NCBI GenBank assembly: GCA_963737265.1
Contig: CAVTRY010000023.1
Span: forward strand, 352,001-416,000
From: an uncultured delta proteobacterium
GTDB lineage: Bacteria > Myxococcota_A > Polyangia > Fen-1088
Direction of reading: 5' to 3'
Length of the DNA: 64,000 nucleotides
Shown here: positions 34,647-43,383 of the stretch, in pieces
Position numbering within the stretch: the first letter of the stretch is position 1
How the letters are laid out: every line of letters starts with the position of its first letter
Made by a program: the position numbers and the translations under genes
Notes under the pieces: generated by a model
What the model was told of the DNA's origin: nothing
Seen by the model: only the letters and a program-made list of their open reading frames with translations
Database searches by the model: none

Positions 34647-34975
34647 TCGGATCCGGCCCCGCCGTCGTCCGCCGTAAGAACGTCAATGGCGGAGCTATCC
34701 ACCGACGGTGAAACAGCAACGTCCGCACCCGTGTCAGGGCTCGATGACGCGCCAGCTTCTTCACCCGAGGTCGGGACAATCGACGCGTCAGTTACTGGCT
34801 GGATTACGGGTTCGCAGGTTCCGTTACCACTCTGGCCGTTGTCACAGCGAAGTCCGCCGGCGCAGTCCGAGTTGATCTGGCAGCGTCCGCCTTCACCTTG
34901 GCCACAGCTTCCCAAGAAGATGAGGGAACAAGCCAGGCACAGGAGACAAAACCGTGGGCCGAAGATGCGTCGCAT
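34643..34975 (-). CDS. small Cys-rich putative lipoprotein
   Basis: LGSC lipobox, CQINSDCAGGLRC motif, Asp/Ala/Ser-rich tail. Confidence 0.7.
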   Translation of the reverse strand: MRRIFGPRFCLLCLACSLIFLGSCGQGEGGRCQINSDCAGGLRCDNGQSGNGTCEPVIQPVTDASIVPTSGEEAGASSSPDTGADVAVSPSVDSSAIDVLTADDGGAGSD

Positions 34976-35037
34976 GGACGGCTGGCTTACCATCCTCGCC
35001 CGCATTCGTAAAGCCCGGTCCGTGGTAGTTTCGGCAC

Positions 35038-36876
35038 ATGTCGCGTCGCAAGCCATTCCTTCTTGCCTTCATCGTTGCTGCCACCGTCATTTCGTCCATC
35101 CTGCTCGGGGCATTCTGCCTGCAAGCCAAGCCCGCCGGTAAAAACACGCCCCAAGAACGCGAGGCGCGCGTTTTCCTCGCCACCATCACCGGTCTCGTCC
35201 AGCCCCTGCAAACCGTGGCCAATCAAGCCGCCTGGACCGCCGCCACCGATGTCACGCCCGAGCACACGGCAGCGCGCGCCTCGGCGGAAAAGGCGCTGGC
35301 CTCGGTCGCGGGAGCGAAGCTAGTGATTGAAAAGACGAAGTCATTCTTGGCCGAGAGGAGCGACCTTTCGTCGCCGTCCGTCCGCCAAATGACCAAGCTT
35401 CAGCTGGCGGCCGCGGACAGCCCGGCCACCATTCCCGAGGTCGTCGCCAAGCGTATCGATGCCGAGTCCCACCAGTCGGCCATCCTGGATGGCTACACCT
35501 TTTGCCTGCAAACCGGGCCGGGCGGCTCTTGCGTCCGCCCAACCTCGGCCAACGAAATCGACGACATCTTGAAAAAGTCCCGCAATCTGAAAGAACGCGA
35601 ACATGCGTGGGTCGCATCGAAGGAGATTGGGCGCCCGCTCAAGCCCGGCCTCGTCGCACTCCAAGACCTGCGCAACCAGGTCGCGCGCGAAATGGGATAC
35701 GCGTCGTTCTTCGCTCTGCAGGTCGCGGATTACGGAATGACCGTGCCGGAAATGATGGCGCTGGTGGACAGCATGCTGGCCGCGGTGGCACCTATCTATG
35801 ATGGGCTCCACTGCTTTGCCAAGCACGCGCTCGCCGAACGCTACAAGCAGCCGGTACCGCGCCTGATCCCCGCGCACTGGGTAGGCAACCGCTGGGCACA
35901 AGCGTGGCCGGGCCTGGTCGACAACACCAGCCTCGATCCTTTCTTCAAGAACAAGAGCCGCGAATTCATCGTGCGCACCGCCGAGGATTTCTACGTCTCG
36001 CTCGGCTTTGCGCGCCTACCCGAGAGCTTCTGGCAAAAGTCCGACCTCTATCCCGTGGACCGCAGCTCGCCACGCAAGAAGAACAGCCACGCTTCGGCTT
36101 GGCACATTGACGGTGAAAACGACGTGCGCTCGCTCATGAGCGTCGAGCCCAACCAGCAGTGGTTCGGCACCGCGCACCACGAGCTAGGCCACATCTACTA
36201 CTATCTTTCCTACGCCCGGCCCGAGGTTCCCTTCCTTCTGCGCGCGGGCGCCAACCGCGCCTTTCACGAGGCTATCGGCGAGCTCGCGCGCCTGGCCAGC
36301 GAACAGGCGCCGTATTTGCGCAAGCTCGGGCTGGTCCGCCAGGGCCAGGAACCGGATCCAGCAGGCCGGCTGCTTCAATCCGCTCTGGATTCGCTGGTGT
36401 TCCTGCCCTTCGCCGCCGGCACCATGACCCACTTCGAGCACGACCTTTACGAGAACGATTTGCCGCCGTCGGAATGGCAGGCGCGCTGGTGGCAGTACGT
36501 CGCGCGCTACCAGGGCGTGCAGGCGCCCAAGGCACGCGGCGAGGAGCTCTGCGATGCCTGCACCAAGACCCACATCAACGACGATCCGGCGCAGTACTAC
36601 GACTACGCCTTGGCCAACCTCATCAAGTTCCAGTTGCATGACCACATCTGCACCAAGATTCTCGAGCAGGACGTGCGCGCCTGCGACTATTCCGGCAGCC
36701 AGGAGGTTGGGCGCTTTCTACAAAAGATACTGGCCTTGGGTGCGACCCGCGACTGGCGCGAGGTCCTACGCGAAGCGACGGGCGAGGACATCGGCCCGCG
36801 CGCCATGCTGGCCTACTTCCAGCCGCTGGTAGCCGATCTGGAGAAACGCAACCTGGGCCTCGACTGCTCCCGATGA
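35038..36876 (+). CDS. M2 family (ACE-like) zinc metallopeptidase, exported
   Basis: HHELGH, GANRAFHEAIGE, GNRWAQAW, CHASAW-like SHASAW. Confidence 0.9.
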   Translation: MSRRKPFLLAFIVAATVISSILLGAFCLQAKPAGKNTPQEREARVFLATITGLVQPLQTVANQAAWTAATDVTPEHTAARASAEKALASVAGAKLVIEKTKSFLAERSDLSSPSVRQMTKLQLAAADSPATIPEVVAKRIDAESHQSAILDGYTFCLQTGPGGSCVRPTSANEIDDILKKSRNLKEREHAWVASKEIGRPLKPGLVALQDLRNQVAREMGYASFFALQVADYGMTVPEMMALVDSMLAAVAPIYDGLHCFAKHALAERYKQPVPRLIPAHWVGNRWAQAWPGLVDNTSLDPFFKNKSREFIVRTAEDFYVSLGFARLPESFWQKSDLYPVDRSSPRKKNSHASAWHIDGENDVRSLMSVEPNQQWFGTAHHELGHIYYYLSYARPEVPFLLRAGANRAFHEAIGELARLASEQAPYLRKLGLVRQGQEPDPAGRLLQSALDSLVFLPFAAGTMTHFEHDLYENDLPPSEWQARWWQYVARYQGVQAPKARGEELCDACTKTHINDDPAQYYDYALANLIKFQLHDHICTKILEQDVRACDYSGSQEVGRFLQKILALGATRDWREVLREATGEDIGPRAMLAYFQPLVADLEKRNLGLDCSR

Positions 36877-36906
36877 TGGCAGTCGCCATCGCGTCTCACG
36901 GGCTTC

Positions 36907-38370
36907 CTAAAGGCAAAGTCCGTTCGCCCGACAAAGACCAGTCGTGCAAATTTTTCCCGGACAGCAGGGCTCGATTGCGCCGCCGCAGAGTGAGCAGCTG
37001 AGCGCGCCGTCAGTCCCCCGCAGACACGCGAGGTTCGCGCCGGTGCAGATGTCGCCCGTGCAGCACGGCTGGCTCGGCCCGCCACAGTTGACACAAACGG
37101 GCTGCACGCCGGGATTGGCAGCGGCCTGGCAGACGGCATTGGGCGCCGTGCATCGCCTGATGTTTCCACAGCAGGGACTACCCACGCCGCCGCAGGCTTG
37201 AATCCCGGTTACGCAGACACCCTGCGTGCATGTTCCACCCATGCCATTGCCGCACGGGTTGTTCGTCGCCACGCAAACAGCCCCGTTTCCACCCTCGGAG
37301 AGCACGCAGCATCCACCGTCCGCGCAGAAATTACCAGGGCAGCATGGCTGAGTTGCGCCGCCACACACAGTGCAGCTCGTAACGGCAGAGCCCGCCACAC
37401 ACGCCGTATCGCCTGCGGTGCACTCGGAACCTGCACAACATCGCGCGCCGCTGCCGCCGCAAGTACCGCAGCTACCGAACGAACAGGTGTCGCCGGTTGG
37501 ACAGGTCGCTTGGTTGGCGGTGCAGACATTGTTCATGCAACAACCGCCGTCGGCGCACGCGCCGCCGCCGCAGCAGACCTGACCGGAACCTCCGCAAACC
37601 GGGGTGGTGGCTCCGCCGGTTCCCATCGTTCCCCCGGTGACCGTCGTCCCGCCAGCGCTCGTCGTCCCGCCCAGACTTGTCGTCCCGCCAGCAGTCGTCG
37701 CTCCGCCCAGACTGGTGGTTCCGCCAGCAATCGTCGTCCCGCCCAGACTGGTCGTCCCGCCAGCAATCGTCGTCCCGCCAGCAATCGTCGTCCCGCCCAG
37801 ACTGGTCGTCCCGCCAGCAATCGTCGTCCCGCCCAGACTTGTCGTCCCGCCGCTACCAGCTGTCGGTCCACTCTCGCCACCCGCACTCGCCGCACCACCA
37901 GCGCTCGTCGTCCCGCCGGCGAGCGTGGTCGTCCCGCCCGCCCTGGATGTCGTGCCACCAACGCTCGTCGCTCCGCCACTGACGGTTTGGGTGCCACCGC
38001 CTGTGCCCTTCGCTCCGCCTGCCGCTGTCGCGCCAGCCGTGATGGCGATGCCACCCGTGCTCGCGCTGCCAGCTCCGCCTCCGGCCGTCACCGAACCTCC
38101 CGTGCCTGTCGAATGCGCGGTCGTGCCACCAGCGCCGCCGGTACGAACAGATCCGGCGTCGCCAAGGATCGGGCTTGTCACGAAACCGCCGGCGCCGCCC
38201 AGGGAAGCAGCGTCCCCATTGAGTCCGGCGCCACCGACTCCGGCATTTCTGCCCGGCAGCCCGGTTGTGTTGGTGGTGCAGGCCATTCCCGCCACCGACA
38301 GCGCCACCGCCACCATTGCGGGAAAGACCAGTGTGTCAAACCACGGCACCCCGAACTCGCAAGTCTTCAT
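36907..38370 (-). CDS. lipoprotein with Gly/Thr-rich stalk and C-terminal CGxxxxxCC repeats
   Basis: GGGAGG RBS, GMAC lipobox, six CGGxxxxCC modules. Confidence 0.8.
   Translation of the reverse strand: MKTCEFGVPWFDTLVFPAMVAVALSVAGMACTTNTTGLPGRNAGVGGAGLNGDAASLGGAGGFVTSPILGDAGSVRTGGAGGTTAHSTGTGGSVTAGGGAGSASTGGIAITAGATAAGGAKGTGGGTQTVSGGATSVGGTTSRAGGTTTLAGGTTSAGGAASAGGESGPTAGSGGTTSLGGTTIAGGTTSLGGTTIAGGTTIAGGTTSLGGTTIAGGTTSLGGATTAGGTTSLGGTTSAGGTTVTGGTMGTGGATTPVCGGSGQVCCGGGACADGGCCMNNVCTANQATCPTGDTCSFGSCGTCGGSGARCCAGSECTAGDTACVAGSAVTSCTVCGGATQPCCPGNFCADGGCCVLSEGGNGAVCVATNNPCGNGMGGTCTQGVCVTGIQACGGVGSPCCGNIRRCTAPNAVCQAAANPGVQPVCVNCGGPSQPCCTGDICTGANLACLRGTDGALSCSLCGGAIEPCCPGKICTTGLCRANGLCL
37604..37851 (-). 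repeat. 18-nt (GGTTSL/GGTTIA) tandem repeat, about 14 units
   Basis: Alternating gtcgtcccgcccagactg and gtcgtcccgccagcaatc units. Confidence 0.9.
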
Positions 38371-38543
38371 GAGAAAGATCCTCCCGGAGCGATGAGCTGC
38401 AGGTGACAACCTCGATCGCGCGCATCAAGATTATCGCTATATAGACTGTATCCTAAAATACCATTTATAACCAGGCTTACGTGAGCGCCACGAAGCGGTT
38501 CGTCTCTACCTACTAGTGCCCAAGCTTCGTGGAGCTCCGCCGA

Positions 38544-38567
38544 CGAGGCGGCGCATGCGCCACCTCG
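38544..38567 (-). terminator. near-perfect 24-nt palindrome (terminator/stabiliser or operator)
   Basis: cgaggcggcgcatgcgccacctcg, 16 nt past the stop at 38584; no clear U-tract. Confidence 0.4.
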
Positions 38568-38583
38568 CCACTTTACCGCATTG

Positions 38584-39768
38584 CTAGAAACACCGAGCTG
38601 CGTTGCCGCCCCCGCCAGCTTCATCTGGCGTGCAGGTCAATCCTGCGCCGCACGTTCGGTTCGCGATGGCACCGGTTCCGCAGCAGAGCTCTCCGCTAGC
38701 TCCGCACGACTCGCAAGTTGGCGCTCCTCCTCCTGTGGCGCGGCAGACCAGCGTTGGCAACGAGCAGGTGCCGGCAAAGCCGACACCGCCGCCACCGGGA
38801 CAGCACGCCTGGCCCGACCCACCGCATGGCTCGCAAGTGTCGACGCCGGCTGCTGCTCTGCATGCCAATCCAGTGCTGCAAGTTCCACCGCCGCCGGGAC
38901 AACAGGCCCGACCCACGGTACCGCACAACTCGCAAGTGCCTCGGCCTGCGCCCGCACATGCGGATCCCGACACCGTGCAGGTTCGGCCCGCACAGCAAGG
39001 ATCGCCCGCTGCTCCGCAAGAACCCGCGTCCGATTCACACCCACCGGCCGTGCAGATGCCGCCAACTGCCGTTCCGCAAGAGCTTCCTGCCGCCATGCAC
39101 CTGGTCGTTGCTGTCGGGCCGGCGCCCACGGAAACGCAGCAGGCGCCGCTGCTGCTGCAAGTCCGGGCCGCGCAGCAGACCTCGTTGTCGTTACCGCAAG
39201 CGACTGCGCCATCGACCGCCAGAGCGTCTGGCGTGGCCGGAGCGTCGACCGCGACGTCGCGATTGACAGGAGGATCTTCCGCGGCGTCGATCACCGACCC
39301 GCCGTCAAGATGGACGGTGCCACCAGTGCTTGTTCCGCCGTCGGCAACGCCTGCGCCACCGGAGCCAACCGTGGTACCGCCCGTGACGGTCGCGCCGCCC
39401 ACGCCCGTGAGACCACCGCCGCCAACCGTTGCGCCACCCGTGAGAGCTGCGCCCCCAGCGCTCGCTCCAGCCACACCGCCGGCGCCGCTAGAGCCGCCGC
39501 CGCCGCCGCCGGTCGAACCCGTGGTACCGCCGCCGGCAGCCGTTGTTCCGGCTGTGCCCGTTGTCCCGCCAACAGATGTCGTCGAGCCGCCCGTGCCGCG
39601 CGTCGAGCCGCCGGCCGCGCCAGCGTCCCTGTTTCCACCTGCGGCGCCGTCATTCGCCGATATCCCGTTTGAATTGCTTGAGCACCCCGCCATCGCCAAA
39701 GCGACAACGGCGGCTCCCAAGAGCCACGTGCGGGGTGTGATGACTAAAGCGAATTTACGCTGTTCCAT
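38584..39768 (-). CDS. paralogous lipoprotein with Gly/Thr stalk and CGxxxxxCC repeats
   Basis: GGAGG RBS, MAGC lipobox, five CGxxxxxCC modules. Confidence 0.8.
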   Translation of the reverse strand: MEQRKFALVITPRTWLLGAAVVALAMAGCSSNSNGISANDGAAGGNRDAGAAGGSTRGTGGSTTSVGGTTGTAGTTAAGGGTTGSTGGGGGGSSGAGGVAGASAGGAALTGGATVGGGGLTGVGGATVTGGTTVGSGGAGVADGGTSTGGTVHLDGGSVIDAAEDPPVNRDVAVDAPATPDALAVDGAVACGNDNEVCCAARTCSSSGACCVSVGAGPTATTRCMAAGSSCGTAVGGICTAGGCESDAGSCGAAGDPCCAGRTCTVSGSACAGAGRGTCELCGTVGRACCPGGGGTCSTGLACRAAAGVDTCEPCGGSGQACCPGGGGVGFAGTCSLPTLVCRATGGGAPTCESCGASGELCCGTGAIANRTCGAGLTCTPDEAGGGGNAARCF

Positions 39769-39928
39769 GGATTTGCCTCCAATGCTGTTTGGGAAAAAGA
39801 CCACCAACCGATTAGAGGCGATGCACGCGAAACTCCGTCACGTGGAACCCCCGACAAGACGCGATTTTGGCCCACGCTGTGACGAGGCGCACCCAGTCGA
39901 CGGGTGGGAGCCGCTCCATGCGCCGCCC

Positions 39929-40132
39929 CTATTCGCGCCGCGCTATCTCCTCCACGAAATAGGCGCTACGATGGCGCGCGTCAGGTAGGTGAGAGTCCCA
40001 ACATGCGGGCGAGCAGAAGACGAGCTTGATCTTGCCGGAGTTGCACGTGGAGACCGAGCATCGAATGACCTTGCCACCCACGGGGATGGGCTTCCGACAC
40101 ATGGAACACATGAATGCAGTGCTGCCAGACAT
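39929..40132 (-). CDS. small Cys/His-rich putative zinc-finger protein
   Basis: CSMC, CSVSTC, FCSPACWDSH in 67 aa. Confidence 0.65.
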   Translation of the reverse strand: MSGSTAFMCSMCRKPIPVGGKVIRCSVSTCNSGKIKLVFCSPACWDSHLPDARHRSAYFVEEIARRE

Positions 40133-40233
40133 AGGTCGGTGTCTACCACAGCTCTTCCGCGCGCCGAACCCCTATGGCAAAAGCAGCGGCGTCATGGCCA
40201 CCCCTGCGGCCTCGCCCGTCGCGGAAATCCGAT

Positions 40234-40689
40234 TCAACAACCCCGCATGGGTGGTCTGCCGAAACGCGCACGCATCTTGTTGACCGATGAAAACACGAGG
40301 GGATGGCGCAACAAACGCTGCTCCAGTCTGCCCTTGCCGGGAAAATCCATCATCCCCAAGCCAAGCACCATGAACAGCACACCGGGCCCCGGAACCAGGG
40401 GCAAGGCCATCACGAAACCGGCGGCAAACACCATCACACCAAGAATGTTCTTCAGCGCCGCCAGCGAGAAGCGCAAAGCCCTGTGCTCGACCCCATGCTG
40501 GGCTGACACGCGCACGAAGTAGTCGGACGGCAAACCAAGAACGACGGCTACGCTGACGGCAAACATGAGCACGGGCAACCCGATGGCCACGGCGACCATG
40601 GCCGGCCAACCCAGCGCACTGTAGCAGTGGAATCCATGGCGAATCAAATCTCGGATTGGATCGGGCACTGATCCGGTATTGTGGGCCAT
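40234..40689 (-). CDS. PGPGW-domain transmembrane protein
   Basis: VPGPGVLFMVLGL, DFPGK, R..FGRPP. Confidence 0.75.
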   Translation of the reverse strand: MAHNTGSVPDPIRDLIRHGFHCYSALGWPAMVAVAIGLPVLMFAVSVAVVLGLPSDYFVRVSAQHGVEHRALRFSLAALKNILGVMVFAAGFVMALPLVPGPGVLFMVLGLGMMDFPGKGRLEQRLLRHPLVFSSVNKMRARFGRPPMRGC

Positions 40690-40819
40690 CGATGGTCGCG
40701 AGGGAAGTCACACCGTCGTGGCCTAGTCCGAGGGTACTCTTTGAAACGGCCGGTCCCGGCCGGGGGCGAGGTGCCAGATGTTTCCAGGAGAAGATCCCGG
40801 TCCGAGAGCGAAATGGCCT

Positions 40820-41249
40820 TCAACTTAGGCTCGAAAGGACTTCCCTCGGTTCCAGAACGGAGGTGCCCTCCGGTGTCTTCTCGCGGATCTCGCGATCCAT
40901 CGTGACCAGCGGAAAACCGTATTGCACCGCCACCTGCAGCACGAGCGCATCTCCACCTCGCAAACCTGTCCGAATTCCGAGCACACACGCCCCGTTCGGC
41001 CACGTCGGAATTGATGTCAAGCCACAGAATCGAAGGCAGCCGTGCCAGGGCTTCCTTGACGTTGAAGGCGAGTTCGACCGTGGTCCGCCGACGAAAAACG
41101 CACGTCGTCTCGACCAGGACGAGGGCAGGACACAATGCCTCGATCTCGACAGTCACAATGCGTTCGATGAGCGGAACGCATTCTTGGTGTAGGGCGTCGT
41201 TCGGATCCAGGCCGCCAACGAAAATGCTGCTGTCGACGACGAGGTTCAT
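40820..41249 (-). pseudogene. vapC: VapC/PIN-domain toxin, frameshifted
   Basis: MNLVVDSS...LVET in one frame and LRGGDAL...LVTMD in another; one extra G in the run at 40990-40993. Confidence 0.8.
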
Positions 41250-41347
41250 GCCCTTCGCTCGGCGCGGGCGTCGTTGACGGCATGGCTGCTGCCGGCGGTA
41301 TGGCGGGCGCCGTGGCTGGTGGCACGGCGCGGGTGGTGAGGGCTGAA

Positions 41348-42028
41348 TCACGCGACGGCTCCATAGCATGTGCCAGGCGTGGAATAGCACCCCCCGGTTA
41401 CGCAGTAGCCGCCGCAATCGGCATCAGTAGTACACGCTTTGCGGCCACAGCTTCCACTAGTGCAGCTGAAGTCAGTCGGGCAATCCGCATCGCTCTCACA
41501 TGATGCCGGGACGCAATGTCGGCCAGTGCATGTTTCGCCGGTGCCGCAGTCCGAAGGATCCGAGCACCCCGGACTGCAGATCTTTGTACCAATCGGACAG
41601 ACACACCCCACAGCAAACTCGCAGATCGAAGATGGCCCGTCCCCCTGGCAGTCGCGGTCTGATGTGCACGGTGACGGAACCCAGAGGCAAACGCCACACG
41701 GTGTGGCGCCTCCCGGCGGGACACAGGTTGCCCCCTGCCGAACATTGCAGTCCGCACTCCCGCGACACTGGTTAGCAACGAGCGTCCGGTTGCTGGCGGA
41801 ACCTTGGGTGCTCCAAGATCCGCCTGAGCCACCGCTCCCCGGTTTCGGGCCGTTCCCGCCAGTCCCGATGACACCGCCACTACCGATCACGATTCCAGCG
41901 TCGTGCGTCGTCAGGGTTCGCATTCCATTGCTGCTGCATGAAGTCGCCACCAGCAGACCGGCAGCCAGCCTGAGCAGTCGGGGTGTCAGCAAGGCTGGCA
42001 TGAGCGCTCGGGTATCCTTCTCTTTCAT
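41348..42028 (-). CDS. Cys-rich putative lipoprotein (CxxDxDC repeats)
   Basis: ATSC lipobox, Gly-rich linker, repeated CTSDRDC/CESDADC/CTTDADC. Confidence 0.75.
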   Translation of the reverse strand: MKEKDTRALMPALLTPRLLRLAAGLLVATSCSSNGMRTLTTHDAGIVIGSGGVIGTGGNGPKPGSGGSGGSWSTQGSASNRTLVANQCRGSADCNVRQGATCVPPGGATPCGVCLWVPSPCTSDRDCQGDGPSSICEFAVGCVCPIGTKICSPGCSDPSDCGTGETCTGRHCVPASCESDADCPTDFSCTSGSCGRKACTTDADCGGYCVTGGCYSTPGTCYGAVA

Positions 42029-42330
42029 GATGGCTTCGACAATAGCAACGATCATGCCGCGCCCTTCTCGTCTTCAGAGCATTGCCAAGTCCTTGTTGTT
42101 TCGGGCGGGCCGAGGCAATGTTAGGCGCTTTCCATGAAACGCATGCCAGCCGGGTCTCACTTTTCTGAGGGGCGCCGCTTGAATGAACAGGCGAGAACGG
42201 AGGCATCGGAGGAAGCCTAGGCGCGGCCCCGGACTTTGTCCGAAGCCCTGACACGCGCATTGCCGCGCCTGGCACCAGATGATAGATACATGTTATCGTT
42301 AGGCGTTAGGCGAGGTTAGAGGGGATTGAC

Positions 42331-43305
42331 ATGTTTTCCAGAGATGCATTAACCATCGACGCGGCGGCGGTCGCGGCGGAGGTCGCCGAAACGATCCGAG
42401 CACAAGTCCTGGGCACGCTTAAGCGGCGTGGCATCGTGGTGGGCTTATCGGGTGGTATCGACAGCTCGGTGGTCGCGGCTTTGGCGACCCGGGCGCTCGG
42501 CAAGGATCGCGTGCTTGGGATCTTCATGCCCGAACGCGACAGCTCGGACGATGCCTTGCGGTTGGGTCGGCTTTTGTCGGACCATCTAGGCATTCAGACA
42601 GCTCTGGAGAATATCGGACCCGGTTTGAAGTCCCTCGGTTGCTACGAACGTCAGAGCGAGGCAATTCGCAAGGTTGTGCCGAGCTACGGCGAGGGCTGGA
42701 AGTGCAAGCTCACCCTGCCGTCGGTCATCGACAGCGACAGGATCAATGTCTTCCAGCTCACCACCCAGGCTCCCGATGGCAGTGAGACGACTTCGCGGAT
42801 GCCGCCCGACGCCTATCTTCAGCTCGTCGCGGCCACGAACTACAAGCAGCGTGTGCGCAAGCTGACCGAGTACTACCATGCCGACCGCCTCCACTATGCC
42901 GTTGCCGGCACACCCAACCGGCTCGAGTACGACCAAGGATTCTTCGTCAAACAGGGCGACGGCGCGGCTGACGTCAAGCCCATCGCCCACTTGTACAAGA
43001 CCCAGGTCTACGCTCTCGCCTTGCAGCTCGGCATTCCCGCCGAGATCCGCAGCCGCCCGCCCACGACGGATACCTTCTCGATGCCGCAGACGCAGGAGGA
43101 ATTCTATTTTTCGCTGCCGTACGACCGCATGGATCTGTGCCTATTCGCGCACAACCACGGCGTTGCGAGCGCGGAGGTGGCACGCGCACTCGGTCTGCAA
43201 GTCGAGCAGATCGAACGCGTCTTCAAGGACATCGTGCAAAAGCGACGAACCACGTCCTATTTGCACGCTCGCCCCCTGCTGGTTCATCCTATTGCCGAGG
43301 TCTAG
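42331..43305 (+). CDS. nadE: NH3-dependent NAD synthetase-like ATP pyrophosphatase
   Basis: GLSGGIDSS, TNYKQRVR, GTPNRLE, GFFVKQGDG, PIAHLYKTQVY; no glutaminase domain. Confidence 0.88.
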   Translation: MFSRDALTIDAAAVAAEVAETIRAQVLGTLKRRGIVVGLSGGIDSSVVAALATRALGKDRVLGIFMPERDSSDDALRLGRLLSDHLGIQTALENIGPGLKSLGCYERQSEAIRKVVPSYGEGWKCKLTLPSVIDSDRINVFQLTTQAPDGSETTSRMPPDAYLQLVAATNYKQRVRKLTEYYHADRLHYAVAGTPNRLEYDQGFFVKQGDGAADVKPIAHLYKTQVYALALQLGIPAEIRSRPPTTDTFSMPQTQEEFYFSLPYDRMDLCLFAHNHGVASAEVARALGLQVEQIERVFKDIVQKRRTTSYLHARPLLVHPIAEV

Positions 43306-43383
43306 TATTCCGATGGCGAGCACCGCAGCGGACGCCTAAGCATGGAAAAGCCTGACGGACAGTTTCGACCCTAGGCAGCCGAC

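Noticed and set aside
40644-41417. 257-aa ORF as an intact gene
   Set aside because: It is the PIN N-terminal half running out of frame; the proper C-terminus is in another frame.
42249-42290. Sigma54 promoter upstream of the nadE-like operon
   Set aside because: TGACACGCGCATTGC lacks the invariant -24 GG, and the nearby TGGCAC lacks the -12 GC.
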